Positions 44,399 through 53,600 of a stretch of DNA of 64,000 nt are shown here, piece after piece. The notes under the pieces were generated by a model. That model was not told the DNA's origin. It saw only the letters and a list, made by a program, of their open reading frames with translations, and ran no database searches. Within the stretch, counting starts at the first letter, position 1. Each line of letters starts with the position of its first letter. Location: positions 1,496 to 65,495 of the forward strand of contig DATKWT010000122.1 of NCBI GenBank assembly GCA_035529395.1, read 5' to 3'. This DNA is from Dehalococcoidales bacterium (GTDB taxonomy: Bacteria; Chloroflexota; Dehalococcoidia; Dehalococcoidales; Fen-1064). A program made the position numbers and the translations under genes.

Positions 44399-45181
44399 TC
44401 AACGGTAATCGACGAATACGCGCTCTTTCGCCAGAAACGTGGTAGACCGGGCGAAGTCGATAAACTTGCTTTCATCCTCCGCCGCAAGCTGTCCACTTCG
44501 GATTCTCTCCGGAGTAGGTACCGAGGTACCGACCCGATCGAGCCAGAGCTCGGCGTGGCCGGTGTAGGGCTCGACAACGGTGCCCCGGGCCTCGCGCAGT
44601 GTGTCTTCGAGCTCGTCCTCATAGCGGTGCACCTGGATGTAGCGCTTGATGTGACCCGCCGCGGCAGTCCGGCGGATGAGGGGTCCGTGGGAAGTACGCC
44701 AGTAGAGCTGGGCTTCCTCCAGGGACAGGTTCGCCAGGTGTCGAAGAGGATAGTATAGCTTCACCAGGGAGCTCATTTCTGTGGCGACCAGATTCTCCGG
44801 TGAAGGGTTTACCTGAGGGTACTCGTAAGCGAACCACAACGGCGACTTGGGGAGGTCGATGAACTTTGCTTCGTCCTCGAGTAGTTCCTTGCCAGCCGCC
44901 TGACCCCGTGGGGATTCGTTGGCGGCAACCATTTCCTCGCGGCGGTTCCACCACAGCTCGGCCACGCCGTCGTACGGCTCCTCCATCTTACCGCGTGGCC
45001 CCCAGCGTTGCGTTGCGCTCGCTTCGTCATCTTCCAGGGTATGGACCTGGACGTAGCGGAGCATGTTGAGGCGTTGGGCGTGGCTGGCCACCAGCGGTCC
45101 GTGGTTCTCCCGCCAGTACTTCTGGAACTCGGCCAGTGACATCTCCGGCTTGCGCCGTAGAAGATAGGTAAGACGAATCAT
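44399..45181 (-). CDS. tandem EthD-domain protein
   Basis: MIRLTYLLRRKPEMSLAEFQKYWRENHGPL, and a second copy LVKLYYPLRHLANLSLEEAQLYWRTSHGPL. ATG 45181 has an AAGGAG RBS. Confidence 0.7.
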   Translation of the reverse strand: MIRLTYLLRRKPEMSLAEFQKYWRENHGPLVASHAQRLNMLRYVQVHTLEDDEASATQRWGPRGKMEEPYDGVAELWWNRREEMVAANESPRGQAAGKELLEDEAKFIDLPKSPLWFAYEYPQVNPSPENLVATEMSSLVKLYYPLRHLANLSLEEAQLYWRTSHGPLIRRTAAAGHIKRYIQVHRYEDELEDTLREARGTVVEPYTGHAELWLDRVGTSVPTPERIRSGQLAAEDESKFIDFARSTTFLAKERVFVDYR

Positions 45182-45353
45182 GTTCAAGCTCCTTTCGAGG
45201 AGGATAACCTCTCTCATTGTGATATTCGTGGACGGGAGCCCGGCGGTTGACAGTAGAATGAGCCTACCGGGGAGCCCCGCATGGTTGTCTCTTACAGTAC
45301 CTTAATCGTATAGGAAATGTAAACACCCTGCACTCGTCCGGTAGGTTAGTGAT

Positions 45354-45492
45354 ACTCCAGTACAGCCGATGCTGCTCGCTACCGGATATGTATACGTGTG
45401 GGAAGCAGGCAAAGCCTGCTTCCCACATAAGAAGAAAACTTCCCCTTCGCAGGGAGTTGTATCACCCTTCTATCTGAACGAGAGCATACTCA
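45354..45492. repeat. intergenic repeat family A, long copy with a perfect 13-bp hairpin
   Basis: gtgggaagcaggc-aaa-gcctgcttcccac at 45398-45426. The flanks match 19907..19990 and, partly, 50368..50465. Confidence 0.65.
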
Positions 45493-45570
45493 AGCAGTAC
45501 CCGAATTGACGATGTAGTCGGAGGAGAGCAGTCTAATAGATACGGTTACAGCCACTTTATAAGTATCACC

Positions 45571-45599
45571 TTGACAAAAACATCTCACCGGACTAGATT
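45571..45599 (+). promoter_or_regulatory. sigma-70 promoter TTGACA-N17-TAGATT
   Basis: Read directly from the sequence. It lies about 70 nt upstream of ATG 45671, which has a GGGAGGAGGAG RBS. Confidence 0.5.
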
Positions 45600-45670
45600 A
45601 TCCACTATCCAGTGGGTAATATTGCTATTTGTAGTAGCGCACACCAACCTAACCGGGAGGAGGAGATAGT

Positions 45671-46951
45671 ATGGCTGCCGTTCTTGAGGGTATAAAAGTG
45701 ATTGACCTTTCTCAGGTGGCCGCCGTGCCGCTGTGTGCCCGGCACCTGGCTGACTTCGGAGCGGACGTGCTCCACATCGAAAACCCCGTGACAGGGGACT
45801 CCTTCCGTGGCTACCAACTCTCCCAGGAGGAACTACGTGCTGCTGCGCCATCGGAGTTTGGCTACAACTGGGAGAACTACAACCGTAACAAACGCAGCGT
45901 TACCGTCGATGTGGCACAGGAGACCGGCCGGGATATTATTTATCGGTTCGTAGAGCAGGCAGATGTACTCGTCACGAATTTCAGACCGTCCGAACTGGAG
46001 CGCTACCGGATGGACTACAAGACGCTAAGCATGCAAAACCCCCGGCTCGTCTGGGGTTGCGTAACCGGTTACGGAAGAGAAGGGCCGGAGAAGGATGCAC
46101 CGGCCTATGACGCCACTGCTCTCTGGTACCGTTCGGGTATAGCCCACATGCTGACGATGCCGGGTTCTGTCGGGGCTGCGATGCGCCCGGCCTTCGGGGA
46201 CAACATTGCCGCGCTGGTCCTGGCTTATGGCGTTATGCTTGCCCTTTTCCAGCGTGAGAGAACCGGCGTCGGGCAGGAGGTGGATGTTTCCCTGCTGCAT
46301 ACCGGGTTATACCAGCTTGGTTTCGACATTGCCGGGGCCCTGGTCACAGGGCTGGACTACGCTGACTGGCGGGCCGAGCCTCCGGCGGAGCTGGTTGAAC
46401 AGGCCCGGGCAGCCATGGTGCCAATAGCTGCCTTCCACCGCAGCAGGTCGAATAATCCGCTCGTTGGCGCCTATATAACCAGCGATGCGCGGGTGATTGT
46501 TATCGTCGCTTTACAGCCGGACCGCTACTGGGGGCGTGTCTGCCGTGCCATCGGCCGCGAGGATATGGTCGATGATTCACGATATAGCACCTTCGAAGGA
46601 CGTGCCGAACACTGCAGCGAGCTACAGCAGCTACTTGCCGATGCCTTCATAAACAAGACGCTCGAAGAGTGGAAGGTGCTTCTGGCAGGAGTGCCTTTCG
46701 CTGCTTACCAGAGCCTCAGGGAGGCGGTAAACGACCCTCAGGCTCGTGCCAATGGATTCTTCATTCCCTGCGAGCATCCCACCCAGGGGTCTATCGACGT
46801 TATCGCCAGTCCAGTCAAGCTTGGTAAGTCTCCGGCAACCTACAGGATGCCGGCGCCCGAGTTTGGCCAGCATACTGAGGAAGTCCTCCTTGAGTACGGT
46901 TATGACTGGGATGACATCATCCGTTTCAAGGAGCAAGGCATTATCGCCTAG
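45671..46951 (+). CDS. family III CoA-transferase (CaiB/BaiF)
   Basis: The N-terminus LEGIKVIDLSQVAAVPLCARHLADFGADVLHIENP is typical of the family. Confidence 0.8.
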   Translation: MAAVLEGIKVIDLSQVAAVPLCARHLADFGADVLHIENPVTGDSFRGYQLSQEELRAAAPSEFGYNWENYNRNKRSVTVDVAQETGRDIIYRFVEQADVLVTNFRPSELERYRMDYKTLSMQNPRLVWGCVTGYGREGPEKDAPAYDATALWYRSGIAHMLTMPGSVGAAMRPAFGDNIAALVLAYGVMLALFQRERTGVGQEVDVSLLHTGLYQLGFDIAGALVTGLDYADWRAEPPAELVEQARAAMVPIAAFHRSRSNNPLVGAYITSDARVIVIVALQPDRYWGRVCRAIGREDMVDDSRYSTFEGRAEHCSELQQLLADAFINKTLEEWKVLLAGVPFAAYQSLREAVNDPQARANGFFIPCEHPTQGSIDVIASPVKLGKSPATYRMPAPEFGQHTEEVLLEYGYDWDDIIRFKEQGIIA

Positions 46952-47040
46952 TACGCAGTTGTAGAAAGACCAGCCAGTATGTTCCGCGGGGTGAGACCCT
47001 TCAGCTTCGGCCTGCTGGCAAAGCCAGCAGGTAATCTCAG

Positions 47041-47136
47041 GGTGACACGCTGTTGACATGTCATTCTGAGCCGGGGCTCCGAGCGTAGCGAGGAGACACA
47101 GAATCCGAATGTTGTGCGGATTTGTGCAACTGAGTA
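47041..47136. repeat. REP-like element abutting the gdh stop codon
   Basis: It contains gtcattctgagc and a hairpin (cacagaatccg...cggatttgtg), and ends tgcaactgagtac. The same terminal motif follows the stop codon at 58131. Confidence 0.55.
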
Positions 47137-48393
47137 CTAGACCCAGCCGCGGAGCTTCATTGCTTCTACCACGCGTTCCACAGCCCGCACGTATGCTGCT
47201 TGTCGCATATTTATCTTGTATTCACGGCTGGTATTCAGCACAGAGTGATACGCCGCGGTCATTCTCTTATCAAGTCGTTCGCGGACTTCAGATTCCTCCC
47301 AGGAGTACATGGAGAAGTTCTGGACCATCTCGAAATACGAAACTGTCACACCACCGGCGTTGCACAGGAAATCAGGTATGACATGAATGCCATTACGGAA
47401 TAGAATCTCATCCGCCTCCGGTGTAGTTGGGCCGTTGGCCAGCTCAGCAACAATCCTGGCCTTGATATTTGGAGCGTTCTTTTCGGTTATGACGTTTTCT
47501 ATTGCGGCTGGAATAAGAATATCCACGTCAAGTTCCAGGAGTTCTTCAGCGGAAATCGATTCCATATTCGGCAGGTTACAAACTGTGCTGGTTGTGGTCT
47601 TAATTGAATAAGCGGCTTCAGGGTCAATACCATCTTCTTCAACCTTGCAGCATACGCCGCCTTTGCTGTCACATACAGCGATTATCCTGGACCCGAAGAG
47701 CTCATTGCATAGCCTGGCAGCATGATATCCGGCATTACCGTAGCCATGCACTGCGACTGTAGCCTTGCTCAGGTCAATACCAAGTGTGCTGGCAGCTTCG
47801 CGGATAGTAAACATCCCACCACGAGCTGTAGCGTCACCCCGTCCGGGAGAACCACCAATTGACAGGGGTTTTCCTGTAATAACGCCGAATTGCGGTTTCC
47901 CTGCAATTGCAGAGTATTCATCCATCATCCAGGCCATGATTTGCGGGGTGGTATAGACGTCAGGGGCAGGTACATCTTTTTCGGGGCCAATAAAATTAAA
48001 CATGCTCCGTGCGTAGGCCCTGCTCAAACGTTCCAGTTCGCCCGGGGACATTTCCTTGGGGTTACAGATGATGCCGCCTTTTGCTCCTCCAAGCGGTAGA
48101 CCAAGTAAAGAACACTTCCATGTCATCCAGGCAGCCAGTGCTCGAACAGTGTCGATTGTCTCGTCAGGGTGAAATCTAATACCTCCCTTTGTAACGCCCA
48201 GGGCGTCATTATAGTGGACCCTGAATCCCTGGAATACTCTGATGGAACCGTCGTCCATGCGGACCGGTAGCGCTACGTGGAGTTCCCGCATAGGGGTTTT
48301 GAGCATTGCGGTTACATCCGGGGGTAGATTCATAATCTCGGCGCACTTGTCCATCTGTCGCTTTGTGATTTCAAACGGATTTATTTCGTCCAC
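47137..48393 (-). CDS. gdhA: glutamate dehydrogenase (Glu/Leu/Phe/Val dehydrogenase family)
   Basis: LPLGGAKGGI catalytic Lys motif and the HGYGNAGYH NAD(P) fold. Length 418 aa. Confidence 0.88.
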   Translation of the reverse strand: MDEINPFEITKRQMDKCAEIMNLPPDVTAMLKTPMRELHVALPVRMDDGSIRVFQGFRVHYNDALGVTKGGIRFHPDETIDTVRALAAWMTWKCSLLGLPLGGAKGGIICNPKEMSPGELERLSRAYARSMFNFIGPEKDVPAPDVYTTPQIMAWMMDEYSAIAGKPQFGVITGKPLSIGGSPGRGDATARGGMFTIREAASTLGIDLSKATVAVHGYGNAGYHAARLCNELFGSRIIAVCDSKGGVCCKVEEDGIDPEAAYSIKTTTSTVCNLPNMESISAEELLELDVDILIPAAIENVITEKNAPNIKARIVAELANGPTTPEADEILFRNGIHVIPDFLCNAGGVTVSYFEMVQNFSMYSWEESEVRERLDKRMTAAYHSVLNTSREYKINMRQAAYVRAVERVVEAMKLRGWV

Positions 48394-48498
48394 TTTTATT
48401 CTCCCACTACTTATTTTCCGGATGTTTCTTCTGACCCAGCAACTTCATCTGTTGGTAGATTACCTTCTAGCCTGATGGCAAGATGGATAATACCACAG

Positions 48499-49269
48499 CT
48501 AGCTTTTCATCTCTATTCCTTTCTCTTTCAGGTATTTCCTCGCTTCAGGTATGGATATCTCCCCGAAATGGAAGATGGATGCTGCCAGCACCGCGGATGC
48601 TTTGCCGATTGCCACAGCATCATAAAGGTGCTCCAGCTTGCCGGCACCACCGGAGGCAGTAACCGGAATACTGACGGCTTCGGCCACAGCCTTAGTCATC
48701 TCCAGGTCGTATCCTTCCCTGGTCCCGTCGGCATCCTTGCTGGTGAGCAGAATCTCACCGGCACCCAGCCCTTCCACCCGCTTCGCCCATTCGACGATGT
48801 CGATACCGGTACCCTCATTGCCGCTCTTGACGACCACCTCCAGACGGTGGAGTCCGCTGTCAGGCGAGTTCTTCCTGCCGTCAATGGCAACAACCAGCCT
48901 TTCTTTACCGAACTCCCTGGCTGTCCTCTCAATAAGCTCCGGGTTCATGACTGCGGCCGTGTTTATGGATACTTTATCAACCCCCATATCAAACAGGGCT
49001 TTCATGTCCTCCATACTGGCTATACCACCGCCCACGGCGAAGGGTATAGTCACCACGTCGCAGACTCTCTTCACCCACTCGAGTCTTGTCTTCCTGCTCT
49101 CGACGGTAGCAAAGATGTCGAGGAAAACAAGCTCATCAGCCCCTTCCCTGCAGTAGGCCTCTGCCGCTTCCACCGGGTCTCGGGCATCCTGCAGGTTGAC
49201 AAACCTGACTCCCTTGACCACCCGCCCCTCTTTCACGTCCAGACAGGGAATGATTTTGACCTCGTTCAT
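48499..49269 (-). CDS. hisF: imidazole glycerol phosphate synthase cyclase subunit
   Basis: IIPCLDVKEGRVVKG...VGGGI...ASGGAG pattern. Length 256 aa. Confidence 0.9.
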   Translation of the reverse strand: MNEVKIIPCLDVKEGRVVKGVRFVNLQDARDPVEAAEAYCREGADELVFLDIFATVESRKTRLEWVKRVCDVVTIPFAVGGGIASMEDMKALFDMGVDKVSINTAAVMNPELIERTAREFGKERLVVAIDGRKNSPDSGLHRLEVVVKSGNEGTGIDIVEWAKRVEGLGAGEILLTSKDADGTREGYDLEMTKAVAEAVSIPVTASGGAGKLEHLYDAVAIGKASAVLAASIFHFGEISIPEARKYLKEKGIEMKS

Positions 49270-49272
49270 GCT

Positions 49273-50268
49273 CTACAACTCCTGGAATTTAATTAGCTGT
49301 TGGTAGTCCATGACAGTGCTCATGCCCTGGTTCTCGACATCCAGACCAGCTTCCATAGCAGCGGCCACCGGATTCAGACCATTAACCAGGATTAAGCCAA
49401 TTCGATTAAGTTCCACCGGGACTTCACATACCGTCTCGCTGGCATTCCCCATCACCAATACACCACCTAATCCGGCTTCCCTCATTTTGGCCACCACATC
49501 TTCCACTATCGGTCGGCAGAGCGCTGGTATCTCACGGTAGGTGGCCAGTATTTTACCTTCCCCCGTTCTTATTACCTGTGTTACCGAGGTCATCCTGGCC
49601 CTGATGAACACCTCGGAAGGGTCAAGGGAACAACCGGCATACTGAATGAGCTCCACGAAACGGATAGGCTTATTATTTCGAACCTGAAGGATGCCGGAGA
49701 ATCCGGAGGCCATAGGGACACCAGCCTTGAGTGAGGTGCCATTGAACACAATGCTGCAAACCGTAGCCAGTCCTACCTTGCCATTGGGAACTACTAAATC
49801 ACCAAGTCTCTCACCCTCTTGAGCTATCGCTACCAGGTCGCTAACGCAAATCTCTCTGGCGAAAGCAGGTCTCATTGCCTGGAGTGCCTTTTGGAACTGT
49901 CCCTTCGGAAAGAGTGAGATATTGACCGGGACAGAACCGGTGCGATTCTGTGGATTGAAATCAGTGCGGAAGGCAAGTAGCTCAATTCTGGAGATGGCGT
50001 AGCCTACCTTGTCCTTGACCAGAGCGGTCCTTACCTCTTCAATTCCCTGTTCAGTGAGCACCCGACCATCCCGACGCCCCAAAAGCCTGGTCAACCCGCG
50101 CTCGTCCATTAGCTTGAGGTGGTATCTGACAGCTCTTTCTCCGAGTTCAACCCCGTAGTCTTTCAAGCGGCGAGAAATGACTCTGGCTCCAACCGATTCC
50201 TGAGAGTCACTCAAGACCTTCAATATGGCAAGCATCTTTCGCTCGACATTCTGCGTTTCAAAGCCCAT
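49273..50268 (-). CDS. NrpR-family (winged-HTH + DUF128) nitrogen-type repressor homologue
   Basis: N-terminus ILKVLSDSQESVGARVISRRLKDYGVELGERAVRYHLKLMDERGLT matches the archaeal NrpR wHTH pattern as I recall it. It sits 3 nt upstream of hisF. The ATG at 50268 follows GGAG. Confidence 0.65.
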   Translation of the reverse strand: MGFETQNVERKMLAILKVLSDSQESVGARVISRRLKDYGVELGERAVRYHLKLMDERGLTRLLGRRDGRVLTEQGIEEVRTALVKDKVGYAISRIELLAFRTDFNPQNRTGSVPVNISLFPKGQFQKALQAMRPAFAREICVSDLVAIAQEGERLGDLVVPNGKVGLATVCSIVFNGTSLKAGVPMASGFSGILQVRNNKPIRFVELIQYAGCSLDPSEVFIRARMTSVTQVIRTGEGKILATYREIPALCRPIVEDVVAKMREAGLGGVLVMGNASETVCEVPVELNRIGLILVNGLNPVAAAMEAGLDVENQGMSTVMDYQQLIKFQEL

Positions 50269-50367
50269 CACAATACTCCGTCAGTCACCAGATTATAAGG
50301 CTAGAGGAGACCGTGTTCCGTATTATATCTTTATTAAGGCAGCCTGTCAATCCGGTGCTGTGCGGGG

Positions 50368-50465
50368 TCCAGTACAGCCGATGCCGGTTACCACCGGAGA
50401 GTGCCTGCAAGAGTGCTTGCAAGAGTGCTTGCACAAGAAGAGGACTACTCCTCCCTTATCTGTAT
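50368..50465. repeat. intergenic repeat family A, variant copy containing a 3 x 12-nt tandem repeat
   Basis: tccagtacagccgatgc is shared with 45356-45372. The tandem gagtgcctgcaa/gagtgcttgcaa/gagtgcttgcac is at 50399-50434. Confidence 0.6.
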
Positions 50466-50610
50466 TGCCCGGTTTACACCGCCTTCGTCCTGCTATGGAA
50501 CAGAGAATTATAGACCGACAAGTGGTACAATCTCTGGAAGAGGTCGTACCTTTCGTCAGGTTAACAGTATACCACGAGAGAGGTAGTCGCCTTCAGGTAC
50601 TTTTGGTTTA

Positions 50611-53600
50611 GTGATGTCTACATTTGCTCAGCATGGAAACAGAAGTGGAGATTGGGGCCTCGCACGGGTCGAGAAGGAACTCAGGCTATCATCAGAGCAA
50701 CTACTGAGTCAATTCCGGACTGCCTGTGCACGAGCAAGCCTCCTGCTATCGCCTGATGAATTGGGCAGATGGGCAAACGAGGGTCTTGCTATGTCCCGCC
50801 ATTCCCCACCCCTCTCGTTGGAAGCAACAGAGGAGTATTTTCGGGTCACGCCCGAAGTCCTGGGTATTCTCCCATTCCCGCGTTTTCTCGATTGGGTCAG
50901 TAGAGGGAAGATGCTCTGCCGCGATAGTCCCGGTCTTGCTGCTGCCTACTTTCGAGCCAGCCCAAAGGCTCTGGCTATGCTTCCCGGGAGACAAATCGAG
51001 GTCTGGCTGGCAATGGGGCCGGGTCTCTATAAGAGAAACTCAGAATCAATGGAGCTGGCCTGCCGTTTCTTCGACGCCACCCCCGCTCTCCTGCAGAGTC
51101 TGAGCCTGATTAAAATGGAGCGATTTGCTCTGTTCCTTGAACGTCTGGCAGGGACCTCCTACGACCTGGCTGCCGAATGTCTGGGCTCAGCTCATCGGGT
51201 CCTGTCCACGTTAGGAGAGGAAGAGCGTGGGCCTTTCCTGGCTGTGGCCCTGGCCCTTGTTCGTCTGAATCCGAGGGCATCTGCTACCTTCTTTCAGAGA
51301 GGTACCGGGACCTTGGCCGGTATCGCTGGTGGGCAAAGGAGAAGGTTCCTTACACTAATGGGGAGAATAGCCCGATACAGCGGTCAGCTTGCTCTCTCTT
51401 TTTGTACCGATTGCTCGCAGGCCTTCGGTAGAATCGATAGCAGTCTGCATTCCCGCCTCCTGGACCGGGGTGAGGCCGTACTGGCAATATCAACCATTGC
51501 CGGGATAGAGTTTCTCAAGAGCTGTCCTGCCGTACTGGCAGAGATTGGCATTCCCGGACTGGAACGCTGGTTTAGAGAAGGGGTCAGGCTGCTGGGAAAG
51601 GATGAAAAAACGGGCCTTGCCTACTTCCGCCTTGAGTTTGCGGAAGAAAGGGCTCTGGAACGATTGCTGGTTACAGTCGAGCTTGACCAGGTCAGGGCAG
51701 TGCTGCTCATGTACGGCCAAGCTCTGGGAGGAACCGAGATAGAGATTCGGCCCAGTGAGAGCCTGGCGGTATGGAGTATGGGAGCCATACACCCGGGCAC
51801 ACCGACTACAGATGGGACCACTATCTTCCTGCCATCGTTAATGGACCAGTACGATTCGAATGAGGAGAACTTCACCTGGTACAAGGTGGCTGTCACCCAT
51901 CAGGCCGGTCATATCGAGTTCGGCACCTTCGACTTCTGCTTTGAAAAGGAAGCGGTACTGTTCCCTGACCGGCGACACCGGTTGCGGTCAACAGATGGAG
52001 CTGGCCTGACCGATATGGAGAGGTTCCTCAGCCTCTTCGACGATAGGAGGCTCGCTTCCGATATATACTCCCTGGTGGAGGACGTCAGGGTTGACTATCT
52101 GGTGAAGTATGGATACGCGGGAATAAGGGCCGGGTACAAGTCGGTCCAGCAGGAAACGGTGTGGAGACGTCCTTCTCCGGACCATCTTCCGCTGAGGGAA
52201 GCATTCCTCGAAATACTCATCCGGCTTAGCCTGGATGGCGAGCTTCCCATAATCCCTGATATCCTGCGTAGTCCAGTTGAATCAGCGGTGAAGCTCTTGC
52301 AGCGTTTACAGGCGTCGCGGGCAACCGTCGAGGATTCCGCTGAGGCTGCTCTTCGACTGTACGAGATTGCCGGCACCATCGCCAATACCTATGGACCGGA
52401 GTGGGAATGGGAAATAGCTAATCCTGGTGAAAGTGGGCCTGACATGGCAGTGAAAGCCTATCGCCGTTCTGATAGTGACAACGTCACCCTTGAACCGGGC
52501 GTGGAGGTACCATACCAGTCCCCGACAGATGTAGAATATCGTGGTGATTCCCATCCCGACACACTTCACATACTGCCAAAGGCTGAGGATGATTCCGACC
52601 AGGGGTTTCCGTCTCCCGTATCGCCTCCCGGCACTGAAGTGCAACTCAACGGGATTATGCAGGCAAGGAACGTCCTGTCCGGTCAGTACACGACAGACCT
52701 TCCCGGTGAAATCCGTGCCGAGGAGACTGTCTCTACCGGACAGGACGGAAACACAGGGCTGTCTGATACCGATTACCCAGGGGAGGGTGCTCTCCTGAGA
52801 GAAGACGGACAATCGTACCTCTATGATGAGTGGGATTTCCATGCCGGCTGCTATCGACCAAAGTGGTGCCGTGTGAGGGAGAAGCTGCTGCCTGAAGTTA
52901 GTACCGATTTCTTCGAGGAAACCCTGGCCCGTAGTCACCTGCTGGCCGCCCAGGTCAGGAAGCAGTTCGAGATGATAACCCCGGAACTTCTCAGGAAGGC
53001 GGACAGACTCTATGACGGTGAAGAACTGGACCTGGATGCTGTGGTCAGAGCCGTTGTGGATAGGAAGGCAGGGTGCATCTCTGACGAGAGGATATACTGG
53101 AAGAGGAGGAGGGTACAAAGGGACGTGGCGGCAATCCTGCTTCTTGATATGAGTGCCTCCACCAGTAACATAATCAAGGATACCGATGATGAATACCCTG
53201 AGTGGTACCTCGACCTGGTGGAAGGCTCCCCCAGAATGAGAGCGCAGGGGGGTGAAGTGCTGATAGGAGCATCACGGCGCGTGATTGATGTGATGAAGGA
53301 AAGCGTGGTGTTGATGATGAACGCCCTGGAAGGTGTCGGGGATTGTTACGGTGTCTATGGCTTCTCCGGTCACGGTCGGGATAATGTGGAGATACTGGTT
53401 ATCAAGGGAATAGACGAAGGATTCTCCGGCACTGTCAAGAGCAGGGTAGGCAGCATCGCACCGTTACACGGTACCAGAATGGGTTCGGCTATAAGACATG
53501 CCATCTCGAAGCTGGACACACATGATGCGAAGACAAAGCTACTCTTCCTGGTCAGTGATGGCTATCCTCAGGACGAGGATTATGGCCAGGACGATGGCGA

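Noticed and set aside
48475-49296. 273-aa plus-strand ORF covering the whole hisF locus
   Set aside because: It is antisense to an unmistakable HisF sequence and has no recognisable motifs. It is a shadow ORF.
52306-53118. 270-aa minus-strand ORF inside the VWA protein gene
   Set aside because: It has no RBS or motifs and is embedded antisense in a 3.2-kb ORF that has a coherent VWA/MIDAS C-terminus.
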